Assembly: GCA_965235115.1 (NCBI GenBank)
Contig: OZ249441.1
Span: 25,420,001 to 25,484,000 of the forward strand
DNA length: 64,000 nucleotides
Direction: 5' to 3'
DNA from: Laetmonice hystrix
Taxonomy: Eukaryota
A model generated the notes under the pieces. The model was given only the letters and a program-made list of their open reading frames with translations, had not been told where the DNA came from and searched no databases. Below are positions 1-13,488 of the stretch, one piece after another. A program made the position numbers and the translations under genes. Position 1 is the first letter of the stretch. Each line of letters starts with the position of its first letter.

Positions 1-1523
1 GCTAATGGCTCAGACATGGTGTTACAAAGGTGTAGGGGGGTTGTCATTCAGGAGTGGGTGCAGGGCACAGCAGGGGCACAGCATCTCGGAGGCTGAGGGT
101 TGGGGAATAGGGCACAACGGACGAAGCCATCCATCACCTACTAAGGGCCTGTCAGCGGCGCTGTGTGGAGCAGCCAATCGGAGGGCGGCTGGGCCCGATA
201 CAGTCTCCAGTGGTTGCCCATACATCACCCGTGTGACGAACGACCCAGGGACAGTGGTCAATTCCCGGCCGGCGGCGCCCTCAGTCTCTGCCGCCCCGGC
301 TGACCGTCAACCGCTGACGTCACGCCTCGTTTCACACAGTAGTCTGACATGGCAGGATCTGCTGATATTTCATTCATTGTACAACCCATTTAAATATGTC
401 ATACACGAGTCTAATGGTTTGCTTTCAGTAACTCAGCTCCTCAACCACCAGTTGTAGTTGTGGATGAGATCTCATGTCGCCGACTGTCAGATCATCACAG
501 AAAAAATAAAAGAAAAAGCTTGTTCGGTGAAAATAGATAAAATAAATTGAATTAAGAACAAAAAAGAACAATTTTCTTTTGAGCGAAGGCTCACAATTTA
601 TGGTCTTAGAAATCTGTGTCTCTGAATCTTCCAAGTGTCTCAAAAGTACTTTAAAAAAAACAATCACTTAAGTTTTCTTGACTCAATCGGTAAGGCTCAT
701 TAAAAATTTACAGCACAGGGCATATTGCCCATATTGACGCCTGCTTTTGGATGAGGAGCCAAGTTTATACCCTCGGCACTCATGAGTTATACTTTAATTA
801 AATTGCTTGACAACAAAGCCGCCCACAATGAAGTATGTGCCCATCAAAATACATAATTGATACTTTCATTTGTTTCTTGCGCTACTACCTGAGCGTCCCG
901 GAGGTGGGTTGGGGGTCGTTCCCCCTTCCCTCTGCTGTGCTGCCTGTTGGATCTATACGCCCTGGATCTTGGAATCAATAGACTATGGCAGGTCGTCTGA
1001 CACAACCACGCACACAACAAAGAGATTTCCACGAGTTTATATGGGCCGATGTTCTTTGAATCAAATGTCAATTCACAGATTACAAACCTTAATTGTAATC
1101 GACGGAATTAATCCTATTGACAGGTAAACATTGACGGTGTATGATAAGCTCAGATGAAAGGACACATGTGCGAAGATGTTCCCAGGATTTGTGTAGCGCC
1201 CTCTATGTTGTGTGTGAGAGGTACACAGGATTCCAGCATTGATCCGGGATGTCTTGTAACGTGGGCCAGTCCCACCAGGCTCAGCCGGGCCCGGGACCGT
1301 GGAATCAATCACCCTGATTTCACCATGTCCAGTCCACCTGTATCAGTGACATCCAGTAGACATTGGTCGCATATTGATGCATACATACAAAACAAATCTA
1401 TATTTCTTTTAAAAAAAATCAAGTCCTGGTAAGAGTATACAAACAAGTGTGTTTCTCTAGACTATACGTGACGGCGTATATTATATACGAATCATTTTTA
1501 CAGGGTGACTTCTCTTGTAGTTA

Positions 1524-2381
1524 TATCGGGTGGATAAAAAAAAACGCCCCGAACTTTAAACTTTAATATTTCAAGAACTAAGCAGTATAATTCAATAAAA
1601 TTTCTCTTAATATTACTTCATGATATTATCTCTGGTATGTTAAAGTTTCAGCACAATAGCTTAGATATTATTCCAGTGGCGCTCAGAACAAAAATCAATG
1701 TCTAAAAATGCAATGCCGGAATTAGGTCAAATATCATGCAGCTGCCAGGTGTCCAATTTGACACCTTTTTGATGCACCGCATTGTACCTTGGGTAAAAAA
1801 AATTCAATATTTAGTTTTTGCGTGTTTTACAATATGTATCATGTTGTGGACCACTAGATATAATAAAATATGTGCTATTCCTAGTACTTTTAGAGAAAAA
1901 CAGATGTTTAATGTGCCAAACCCTACACAGAAACTGCAACATTAGGATGATATGACTGTAATGAGAAGTTCAAGTGAAATCGTATCATTTTCACGTTTAG
2001 CAACACATTCAAAACGTTGCGTATTTCCCAATGTTGGGAAGATATTTCCCTATCAGAGATCAGGAAGTCCATTGGCTCATGGAAAAAGGGACTGAGAGCA
2101 GTATGGAGTGAAAACGGGGGACCGATTGACCACCTACTCTAGTGTGAGGCCAGGCACTCTGGGTGCGACTACAACTCGCTTTAGCCCGGCATTGCGTTTT
2201 TGTACAATGATTTTTGTTTTTAGCCCCACGGAAATATTATCCAAGCTATTGAGTTGGAACATTAACAACTTAGAGACAACATCATGAAGTCATATTACGA
2301 AAAATTTCATTGAATTACAATCATTTCTTTCTGAAATATTGAAGTTTAAAGTTCGGGGCGTTTTTTTTTATCCACCCGATA
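1524..2381. mobile_element. Non-autonomous DNA transposon (MITE/foldback) with long terminal inverted repeats and TA target duplication, Tc1/mariner-type
   Basis: The outer 40 nt (TATCGGGTGGATAAAAAAAAACGCCCCGAACTTTAAACTT from 1524) are an exact reverse complement of 2342-2381. Inverted similarity continues at roughly 75% (by eye) to about 1720/2185. TA flanks both ends (1522-1523, 2382-2383). No transposase ORF lies inside. The superfamily is inferred from the TA TSD. Confidence 0.8.
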
Positions 2382-2702
2382 TAGTAACCATACTTTATAG
2401 CGAGGATTTCAACAAAATGTTAAGAGTTTGATACATGACACTTTTATTCCCCTTCGTTTTAAGACTGGTCTAGAGTCAGTAACATAAACTGGTAAAGTCA
2501 TCGCCATGCACTGGTATATATTATACCCTAAGGCAGACCCGCTGGTGTAACTGCTGAGTGCTATACATCCATTCTGCTGCTAGCCATTGACTGGAGTAGA
2601 CAGGACTGTGGAATGATTCGTCGGCCCAACTTCATAAATAGAGCCAGTGATATGCATGACCATACAGACACAAACGCTTACAGAATCATTCCAGCTTCCT
2701 GC

Positions 2703-2813
2703 TTACAGCTCACATGACTATAGACAAACATAAAAATTCACTCCTTATTTAGTGTTGTTTACAGCCCACATGACTATAGACAAACATAGAAATTCACTCC
2801 TTATTTAGTGTTG
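2703..2813. repeat. Tandem duplication, 56-bp period, 2 copies
   Basis: TTACAGCYCACATGACTATAGACAAACATARAAATTCACTCCTTATTTAGTGTTG occurs at 2703 and 2759 with 2 substitutions. Confidence 0.9.
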
Positions 2814-5800
2814 GTGATGAGATATATAAGTTGGATATGTAACCTCAACATGTTAAAAAGCACCTTTGGATTTTTCTAGTATCTCTGCTGCATTCAGACC
2901 TTGCTGTCGATAATCCCACACAATGTAATCTTTCAACTCGTATACATGAAACCATGGCCGTTGATATATTGCAGCCTGTATTCACTAAGCTCCCACCACC
3001 AGCTGCTATAGACAGATCCCAACCATAGTGAAGAATTTGCCGGGTTGGAGACTCCATTAATGGAGAGAGAGAGAGCTGATGGCCGAGTGTGTGCGGTTGG
3101 AGATGGGAACAGACAGTGTATAGCCAGCGGGAGTTTACCGGGGCGGTTCATCTTGTCAGGGTAACATCATTAGTCTTAAATCCCAGCATTCGTTTTCACA
3201 CAGTCGTCCCAATCCATTAGTCGTTCGCGGATGGCTCAATATCCATTTTAATTACAAATCCACTCCAGCAAAACAACCCAGAAAGGTGCATTATTTTAAG
3301 CTGCCATTTGATCAGCTATGCCATTTTCAGGAAAAAACAATAAAATTAAATGTTCGAGAAGTAATTAAAACACCTTTCATGATAATGTACTGTTTACAAG
3401 CCAGCGCCAGAAGCGAGTGTTTAATGGGTGGCAGTGGTGCGCATGAAATAAATAAATAAATACGGCCTCCTCTTTGCGGGACAGCGAGGGAGACGTCAAC
3501 TCCTGAGGAACTTATCGGCAAGGATATCAAGGACAGCCTGTAGATCCACCGTCATGGAGGCAAAATGTGCTGGTAGAATAGAACACAGGTGTGTGTCAGC
3601 TGGGTAGTTCAGTGTCATTAAATATTCACATCTTCATGCATGCTTTTATTATATTAGTAATTAAAGAACAGGTGGGGTGGCAATAATCACCAGTGTGTTT
3701 TTATTCTCATAATATAAGACACTTTAATGTTTAATAATATATCGCGGAGTACATGTACCAATTAGCGTTGAACGTTTATATGTGCCTTGTTTGTGTGTCC
3801 ATGAATCATCCGACACATCCATTCAGATGTGATGAGGCACATCAACCAATTAATGCGCCGGGGAAATTAAACAGATAGAAATAGCTAAAGTTCCATGGTT
3901 ACTTCCAAAAATATCGAGTAATTTTGCTGGCTCGGTTGGGGCGTCTTACGAGAGGGTGATCAGTTTGGGGCGTGTCATTGACTGGCGATGAGATGAATAC
4001 ATCACACAGTCTACGTTCCTGCTCGTCAGTTTCAGAGCCATGGGTCAGCAATTAGTAGTGGAATCAGCAACAAGACAGCGCAGTCTCTAACCTCTCCCTA
4101 GACACCCATACATTCATTGTCGCTGCTTCGGGGACATTGAGCCAGGCGAAAATACCGATGGAGTGTTCTCCATCGACAATTGCACGGCCCCATTGAAGCA
4201 GCAATAGCCGCCCTGGCCTAATACCTCCGGACGGCCCTCTGACTTCCCGAATTGGCAACACAATTTATCCCCGACAGACGGGACATAGGGCGAGTGTCGT
4301 CGGAACTGTGAGAGGAGGGAAGTGGGAGAAATGGCTTTGTGTTTGTCTTTTAGTCTGACATGCAAAGTAGCGCTCTGTTTTGATGCCTCCAATTGCGCCG
4401 GGGCCGTGGAGGTGGCCGCGTGACATGGATCTAATGGGTGACGCTTCCACGGCCGAGCATTCATCACGGGGCCAATGGCGGCGTTATGATTTTGTCAACC
4501 GACGATCGGGAAATAGGAGGTCTGCGTAATCAAGTGAAATGAAAACAAATAAATCGGGCGGCCAGGTGGCGCTGTAAATCGTGATCAGGCAGTGATAGGA
4601 GACTGGGGCGCTGGGCGCATAAAGAAGATTGGGCGCCGGCCGCTGTGGCATGGATCTGCCATTAAATGTGTGTCACAGGCAGAGAAATTCTGCCTAATTA
4701 GGGGTGTGAGTGTTGGTGGGGGCTGTGTTGAGGGTGGGCGTGCATTTGGACCAGTAGGTGGAGAAAATTGAGGCTAGGCTGTATGGGACGTTGAGATGAC
4801 TATGTATATAGAGATAGGAGGGGTGATAGGGTATATATCATCGTATAAGATTACCCCCGGGGGTGGCGGCTTTGTCGGCCGTAAGTCGGGCAGGTAAACG
4901 ACCAACCACCGCTATCCGGTAGTCTCCACCCATCATCCCGCCACACCTCCTCTGGCATGGAAACGACCATCGCCGCCACCTCCGCGCACATTTACCGTTT
5001 TTAATTGTGCCAAATGAGAGATGAACATTTGTTGGTTGGAAAGGTTTGGTGGCGTGATGATAGAAATAAAGAGACCGGTGTGGGTTCAGAGCGCGAGTAT
5101 GCCGAAGGGAAGCTGAGCACAGAATGATTGGTCAATGCAGGGGAGAAATATGTCAAAACAGAGCGACAAGGCCGCATGCTTACACGCGACTTCTTGGCCA
5201 ACTTTGTTTGTACTGTTAATTAATTCCGTGTAAGGGTGTTGTGTGAGGATGGGGGGCTGTTGTTTGCATGACGCATGCAATCGCCACTACCAAACTTAGA
5301 TGCTTCGTAGCATTCAGTCAATTGCGATTAGAAGTCAGCCCAGTCGCAACATTGCCACAGTCGCCGTGCGTAGTCGCGCACAATCGCGGCTCGATTCGCT
5401 CCTCGCTTGCCACTGTATTGTTCACTACGGGTGTTTTGTTCACTCACGGAATGATTTCACATATGTTAGAGATGCACTGTATTTCATGGAGACCGCAGAC
5501 CAGGTATGTTAGCGTTTTGTTGCTAGGTTTGTCCCTGCACGCAGGTCAGGATGGTGGTAGGGATTCCCACTTTCTCTCGGGTTCCTGTATTATGGAGTCT
5601 GCAGGCCATCGCACCCAACAGGACTGGTGTGTGTCGGCCACTCTCTGGAACCTCTGCAGAAATATCTTCTTACAATACCCAGATTTTATTCTGATTATCC
5701 ATCGGTGATGTATCTGTGATTATTTTGAAGACAAGGTTGTCAAACGTGAGCACACAAGTATTGAACGAGGATGGACTGCATAATAGTTAAAACTGAAATG

Positions 5801-7433
5801 ATTATGTATCTCGAGGAAGGCAGAGTTGTGTAATCCTGTGGGCAGGGACGGAAAGACAAGTTAGCTTGCCAACAAAACGTTGTGGCCATGTTACAATCTG
5901 CCATGAAGTGGCAGGAGGTGGACTGTATGCCTTGGCAGTGGACAAGGTCGGCGGAGACCACAGGCATTTTTATATACAAGCCTCGGTCGAGTGGGAATCT
6001 GCGACATGGAAGAGTCACAGTAATCGTCACAGTAATCGTTAGCATGCAACATCGAGAAGAGAGAAAGAAATCCACAATACAAACTGATGTATGATTTGTA
6101 GTGTGTCGAGACAAACTTGCTCATATTGATTTTTGAAACGTCACATAAGCCAGCTAATGAGGAGCACATTATAGAGGTCATTTGATTTTGTACTATCTAT
6201 ACTCGCATGTCTTTTCATTCCCGAAATCATTCACGTCAAGTCTTCCTAGATACCGTTATCCAGTCTTTTAGTTTTCATCAACAAAGAATAAGGTTGTTTT
6301 GAGACCAGTTATCAGATGACTCTTCTGTTAATATGTTTTTACATGTCTGCATAAAGTCTTTATGGTTGTCTTATCAGAATTTCACAAGTTTCCTTATCAA
6401 GAACATTCACTCGCACGTTTAAGTTCTGCTCCTACCAAGTCGGATATTCTGAACTATGGACAAAGCAGGATCCTTTAAAGGAAGCTTATCTCAGAAGTGA
6501 GCGTATTGTTTGAAGTCTCGTCTCATTAAATTTTGACAATGCTTCAAAGAAATGCAATATGAATTTAAAACGGTATCGAGAGGTATTTTCTGTGGTGTTC
6601 GGCAGCGAATGGCAGTGCCTTCGTGGATGCTTGACTATGGGTGGTCTGTGAGGACTACAGGGGGTGCAAGGCTTAAAGATTGGTCAGCCGGTGCCACCAG
6701 GAAAGCACTAGTAATGTCACTTTGTTGCTTTTGTACCAAGAAGTTGGTGTTAGCGTTAGAACCAGTGACCATGAAGGGTTGGCCAGCAAGCCAGGGACCG
6801 AGTGGCCCGGGCGTTCACGACTCACTGCCAGTAGAAGCCGGCGTTCCCCTCTCCGATCCCGACCCAATCCCATCATGCCGCACGACTGGCCAGGGCACAC
6901 AACTTCATTATCTCCAATTTCAGCCAAATCACCAATCTGTGGCTGTCCGCCGTACTACAAAGGCTATGTCAAGGGGAGTGGAGGCTGGAACCGTGTGAGA
7001 TGTGTAAGAAGCCAACCCTGCACGGCCGCCCGAGCAAACATCAAAGCGGGCACCGTGACGCTTACCCACCGTGCACGCTGAACCCACTGGAAGCGTCAAT
7101 TTCACGCCAGTCTGACATACAGGAACACGGGAAGGAATTGTTCAAACAATTACTGGAGACAATAGCTTGGAACGACGGAACTTTAAGGAATGCGAGATGG
7201 CTGCATGGTGCCTGCATCCTAACAAACTCGCTATTTATCAGCGGTGGGCGTTTTCTAGGTCTTCAAGCTTAGTCAAGTGATTTATTTATGATACAGTGGA
7301 ACCATGACATGTGCAAAGCTACTCCTTTAGGGAAATTTTTTTTAAGTTTAAGAAATAACTAAGACAAAATGCTTATTTCACGTGGAAGATCTTCATAGGT
7401 AACGGATATTGACATTTGAATATGCAAGATAAG

Positions 7434-7511
7434 TCAGGTCCAAGTGTTCTGATTGGTTGGTTATGAAGCCGAAGTTCAGGTCCAAGTGTTCTGATTGGGT
7501 GTTTATGAAGC
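7434..7511. repeat. Tandem duplication, 42-bp period, ~1.9 copies
   Basis: TCAGGTCCAAGTGTTCTGATTGG..TTATGAAGC occurs at 7434 and 7476. Confidence 0.85.
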
Positions 7512-8745
7512 TTATATAGTGTCGATTTTTCGAACAATATCAAGCATATTTCAAATTTCCATGCAGTCATGCATGAATATTGAATCGCCATCGTATAAAA
7601 TGTTGGCATTGGATATTTCTCACTGTATCTAAGGATTGGATAGCTATTCAAGACAAGGCCTTCCAATATTAATAGTTACGATTCTTGCCTACTTTAGAAA
7701 TTGCGAACCTCACATATAGCCTTGCATATTTTGTCTGTGCATGTGTGGGGCATGTACAAAATTGAGCATGACTACAGACATAGAATGAGATAATTGAAAA
7801 CATCCTGGTACTTCAAAAGTCCTCATTACAAGTTGTCAATAATAGACCATAAGTGAAATAGGTCGATAATTTCAACGTTTGGAAAGTAGGTCACAGCTGA
7901 TATTGTGGCCTTTGTAATGTGGCGTATTGCTAATCTGAGAGAGGCGCACTCAGTATGGTGGGAGGTGTCAGAAGGCTATGCATGCTAATTGCGCACTCTG
8001 TGCCATCTTGGTTTTGTGGGTGTACAAAGCAGTTTGCAGTGGAATACATGAAACTTTCATGTTTGTCAGTTAGTGTAGCACCCTTGCATGCAGGATATCG
8101 CCAACCCTAAACCTCACGAATTTATCCCATTCAAAAGGCAACGTTTTATCGACACAAAGGGTTAAACAGAAATGCCTCGTTCAATGGCAGTGAGAATGCA
8201 ATCCACCTTTCGTATTGGTGGAAGTCGGTGGAAAATGTATTTTTGATTAATTCTGTTAAACGTTGTTCCCATTTGTCCTGTTCCATATCATAGGCCTACA
8301 ACGGAATTCTATTAAACAGTACATGAAGGAGAGGGTTATAATCGGCGGATCTCTCGTCTCTATAGATAGGGAACATTATGTTGTCCCTGGCCTTTGACGT
8401 TTAATAATATTTGTATACATATATCCCGATGTTAGATTGTTAGATACAGGGATGTGGAGATTCCAGGGGACTCGGGCGTCGATCGGTCTGATGCTGGATG
8501 CCGACAGCCAGCCGAGCTGATTCAAGTTAATGTTACATGGTCATTAGTCATGGGATAGTTATTGGTTCAAATTACTAAGTATGGATGTTCAGTGGTTGTG
8601 ATGATATGCCGGGACCTCCCCAGGGCCCTAGCTGACCTGAAAAATAACGGGGTTGGATGAAAACGACGTTCCAATTAACCATGCCCTCCCCGTCGAGGCG
8701 CGGTTCTATAAAGCTATACCCGTAGACGATCGAGGGGAACCTGCA

Positions 8746-8771
8746 GCGGCGGCGGCGGCGGCGGCGGCGGC
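8746..8771. repeat. (GCG)8 trinucleotide microsatellite
   Basis: Read directly from the sequence. Confidence 0.9.
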
Positions 8772-11700
8772 CGGCATTTAACCGTAGGGATGGAGAAATC
8801 GTTCAATATCCACGGCCACATTATGGACTGCCTCCCTATCGATCTCACCCGGGCTTGGTTAGCTGCCTTTCAGTTTGTGTAATTAAATATAAAGCTGACA
8901 TGGTTGGCTGCATCCATGTGAATGACGAATGGTTGTCTAGTTTATATTTCCAGTGGCGCAGGCAGCGTGCGGAGGTAACGTTTCACATTCCAATGCTGAC
9001 TGGTATTCCGATAATCAGGCAATCAAATTAGCCGAACATGGCTGCGATTGAGACCTGCAGGTTAATGTTTGAATGCATTGAGTGAAACAAATTGGAAATT
9101 CAAGGTTTCATTGACAGATTTTGGACAAATTGGTTTGATAAGAGGACAACTGGTTATACGGATGACATGAATGCCTGAAGAAGCATCAGTCCTGCTTGTC
9201 AGATATCTGTCACAAGCTTTGGTTTTTATAAACTTCCTACATGGTATTTCCTTTCCGAAGACATTCATGAGCTAAGGCAGGTGTCAGTTTCTACCGTTAC
9301 TCCATACATCTGTAATTCCAATTGTGGCCAGTGTTTTGGTTGTCCTTAATACTTGAATGGATGGGAAATGAAAATATTGAAAAAGTCCCATTCAGACCTG
9401 AACCTTGAGAAGAAATCGATGAGGAACGGCAAGGTTCCTAGGCAACACGTGCCTAATGAACTTACAAGAATATTGAAATCCAACACCACAAAGGATGAGG
9501 GTTTATTGCTGTGTCTTGGAAGGGATTCAGATTTTCCGGCAGAGCGCGGCATCAGGAGGCACGAGGTGGTATGGCGCTGTCCAGGGTAGGGGTGAAATCT
9601 AAGACAACAAAGGACATAATGAGATTGTTTTTTTTACTGGCCAGAGATCAAACCTGGGTGATCACTGTAATGCTTCATCGGGCGGGCTTCCAAGTGGGTC
9701 TACCCTCCCGCCCGCTTGATTCGTTTATTGTCGGTAATCCGCCCGGATTGCTGTGGGAAAGGGAGACGACAGCGGTCGGCGGGCAGCATACCGACCGACC
9801 GACCGGCCAGCCTGCACGACCCGCCGCCCCGTCCTCGCCGCCGCTGCCGCCGCATTGCGTGCCGAGTGCCGGGACCCATCACACTCAGCGCTTCCTATCC
9901 CCAGCATCCATCCAACCCACTGCCGCCTCACCCATGCCAAGCGCCCGTTAAATTCTGGTGTCGATTACATCATATTAATAAAATGCTACACGTTTCACCG
10001 GCCCAGACGGCTATGTCAGTCGTTTGTAACAAAATTGATACTTTTCGCCTCCAGCCACGTTAGTTCCAGGCCAGCAGGGACGATTCCACTAGGGTATATG
10101 TGTGATGCACTGCTGGCTTCAACGTTTAAACAAGCATATGAATTATAATATGCTGTTTTTTCAGCTGCGATTTTTGATGAAGTGCTTTTTGATGAGATGC
10201 GTTTAAAGCTATTTTTAACAACTGTACTTCACAAAATCAGTGAAGTATGGTGAGTCGTATTGAGATGGTAAGATGTTTATTCTGCACTCTTTCTGTCATT
10301 CATTAGTCACTAATTATGAGCACTAAGAACAATACAGATTTAATGATGCGTCACTTAAACAGGGATAAACGTAGCATTATTCTGTGTGTTCCTTCATTTT
10401 GAAAATGCACAGCGACAAGGAAGGCAGAGTTCCTATTGAGTTGCATTGAGAAGGATAGCGAGTGAGTGACAGTGGTTATGGCTGCATTGTTGTGGGAGGG
10501 TGGTTGTAGTTAGGCAGTAACTGAGTGGTTTGCTGCCTGTCAGCGCCGCCCGCTCGAGTCAGCAGTTGGTGAGGCAGATGTAGGGTTCTCCTTCATGGTT
10601 CCCATGTGGCAGCAGTCTCTGCTCTCCACCACCAGGGGGGAGCGGGTCTCCAGCAGCTTGGCATGCGATGGGACATCACTTGATGGTCAGCTTGTCACTT
10701 GCTCCCACCCTTGAGACAGTTCCAGTTCAGCGTCCCCCTCCCCCCACCCCCTGCCCTGTACCCGCGTCCCACACCCTCACATGCAACCCCACCCCATGCG
10801 TCCCGCTCAGAGCCCCATTGCTGCCCCCAGGAGCTCCACTCAGCTTTATAAATGAGATGCTGATCCGATATTTCATAGGTGTTGTTAATTGTTACCGGAG
10901 CTTTGGAGCACTGCCAATGTGTTCGGCACATAGGCGCTAAGTTACCAACAATTGGACCAAACTCCACCAACACACCAAGAAAACATCACTCAAACAAAGA
11001 TATTTCAGTCTCAGCGTTACTTCCGATGGTACAACCCACCATGTTGGCACTTGGGAGGACCCCCTTTCGTTATGCAAGAATCTTTTCAATTTTAGTTATG
11101 TGGCGCTTCTATGGATTGTTTCTGACAAAAAAAGGTGATTTATTGCATCCAGCCAGAAAACAACTTGGCGGCACTCAAGTTGTCAGTGTCAATTTGGCGG
11201 GAGGGCTCCGTGTAATTATAGCAGTTGTCAAAGGAGCGATCAGGTGTTTATTAGTGTGCCTTTGTAGGTTTGCCTCTTAGTGTGTGTTAGTTTATTTTAA
11301 TATGTCCATTCTCCGATCTGGGCCCGGAGAATGACCAACGACGAGGACTTGGCCATGTAAGGCTCCGCAGAAATTGTTTATATATCCATACAGGTTTGGT
11401 CCTGTGCTATTCATACCATTGTCTGTATAGTATAAGTCATGCAGGGTCGGTCGCCTGCATGCTGCAGGAGGATGAAGGAGATAGATGGTATACGATTCCT
11501 ATCTCTGTATTATCGGTCCGTGGCGGGATCGCCCGGCAAACTTGATGGCTTAATTGAGTCATAAATAAGCTGGAATAATTGATGAATTCACAGCTTTATA
11601 AATCTTAGTGCCCCCAAAACCCTCTTATTAGTCATCAGAGGACCATCCAATTAAAGGAGTAACAGGAATGAAAAAATGAAATTGTCTAGTGCAGACTTTG

Positions 11701-11994
11701 CGATAACTGCGCTCCACCACCGGGGTATAGGCATGTTAACAGCTCTGTATTAATTATTTCAACCGAATTCTGTACTTTTATCCAGTCAATTCCGAATTGT
11801 GAAAGAGGGCAAGTATAAATTGCTCGTTTATAAAGTGATGTCACTATTTTCCGCGTGTATTCTCTATAAAAAAATGGTTTGAGGCTAAAAGAGGACAGCC
11901 TGAGGCTGAAGAACTGTAATTTATGGATTCGTATATTTCTCAAACTAACATGATATATTATGTTGCCTTGGTGGCTGTGTTGAGTAGGGAGATT

Positions 11995-12725
11995 GTGGCG
12001 GGGTGGCCATCCCGCTGGCCAACGATCGGTCGGGCAGATGGTGGCGGGGAGGCGCGGTGGCCATCCCGCTGGCCAACGATCGGTCGGGCAGATGGTGGCG
12101 GGGAGGCGCGGTGGCCATCCCGCTGGCCAACGATCGGTCGGGCAGATGGTGGCGGGGAGGCGCGGTGGCCATCCCGCTGGCCAACGATCGGTCGGGCAGA
12201 TGGTGGCGGGGAGGCGCGGTGGCCATCCCGCTGGCCAACGATCGGTCGGGCAGATGGTGGCGGGGAGGCGCGGTGGCCATCCCGCTGGCCAACGATCGGT
12301 CGGGCAGATGGTGGCGGGGAGGCGCGGTGGCCATCCCGCTGGCCAACGATCTGTCGGGCAGATGGAGGCGCGGTGGCCATCCCGCTGGCCAATGATCGGT
12401 CGGGCAGATGTTGGCGGGGAGGCGCGGTGGCCATCCCGCTGGCCAACGATCGGTCGGGGAGCTGGAGGCGCGGTGGCCATCCCGCTGGCCAACGATCGGT
12501 CGAGGTGCTGGTGGCGGGGAGGCGCAGTGGCCATCCCGCTGGCCAACGATCGGTCGGGGAGCTGGTGGCGGGGAGGCGCGGTGGCCATCCCGCTGGCCAA
12601 CGATCGGTCGGGCAGATGGTGGCGGGGAGGCGCGGTGGCCATCCCGCTGGCCAACGATCGGTCGGGGAGCTGGTGGCGGGGAGGCCATCCCGTTGGCCAA
12701 CGATCGGTCAGGGAGATGGTGGCGG
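11995..12725. repeat. GC-rich minisatellite, 54-bp unit with 46-bp variants, 14 copies
   Basis: The unit is GGCCATCCCGCTGGCCAACGATCGGTCGGGCAGATGGTGGCGGGGAGGCGCGGT. The GGCCAAYGATC core occurs at 12017, 12071, 12125, 12179, 12233, 12287, 12341, 12387, 12441, 12487, 12541, 12595, 12649 and 12695. The array explains the overlapping repetitive ORFs in all frames. Confidence 0.97.
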
Positions 12726-13460
12726 CAGGCGGGCGTGGGGCCAGCAGCCGACCCACTGGTATTATGATTATTATTCACAGACGCATCGGAACAGGAGATA
12801 ACGGTTGAACAGGAAAACATCTCGAGGCTCCTCGAGGCCGGTCGCGCGGCAGACAATGCCTGGCGGTGGTGGGGGTGGTGCCGGTGGCGGTGGTGGTGGC
12901 CCCCTCATTACGGTGATGGATGGTGCCGACGTCCAGTGTAATTGTGGGTGACTCTTACATCATCCTACCCCCCCCCCCCTCCTCCTCCTCCCCACACCCC
13001 AATCGCTGCGTCCACCTCAACACTCACACGCCTACAGAGCACCCACACCCAGCTCCCCGCTCCCGCTCTCAAACATTGACATCGCGAATAAAAAACCAAT
13101 TGAAAGGAAGCTTTTGCCTCCACTTTGGGTCTGACATGTCGCTCCATCCTCATTCCTGGGCTGTCAACGATGCTTTTTGTCATTGCCGCCACTGGCAGCC
13201 CCATTCAAGTGGGCCTGTCCCCATTGGTCAATTCGGCACCACCATGGGCTTATTGAGCAAGGGAATTAGTATCACTCGCTTGCATGCGGAGATGGAATTT
13301 ATCTTATCCGTACTCCACAAGGGGCACACTTAAAAATTATAACTTCAAAATTATTTCTCTATCAGGTGACATTTATGATATCGGGGCTCGGCGCCCTCCC
13401 AATTTTGAGGCGTGTATGGAGGGGTGGGGCGAGGGTAATGAGACTTTTAGCGCACCCTGT

Positions 13461-13488
13461 GGAGAGATGGGAGAGATGGGAGAGATGG
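13461..13488. repeat. (GGAGAGATG)3 short tandem repeat
   Basis: Read directly from the sequence. Confidence 0.85.

Noticed and set aside
5165-5480. Harbinger-like MITE remnant (GGCCGCATGCTTACACGCGAC start, internal GTCGC repeats)
   Set aside because: I found no matching opposite terminus or TSD.
6090-6590. Possible decayed LINE ORF2 C-terminal fragment on the minus strand (e.g. ..FNETRL.., ..DNWSQ..KLK.., ..DFGNEK..)
   Set aside because: The resemblance is impressionistic, with many stops and frameshifts. It needs a tblastx or HMM hit against Dfam or Repbase.
11995-12725. CRISPR-like array (also considered for 49900-50743)
   Set aside because: There are no unique spacers and no cas genes, the units are head-to-tail, and the context is eukaryotic.
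11686-12856. Six or more overlapping ORFs of 119-356 aa as protein-coding genes
   Set aside because: All frames are open only because the GC-rich 54-bp unit lacks stops, and 8-nt indels scramble the frames.
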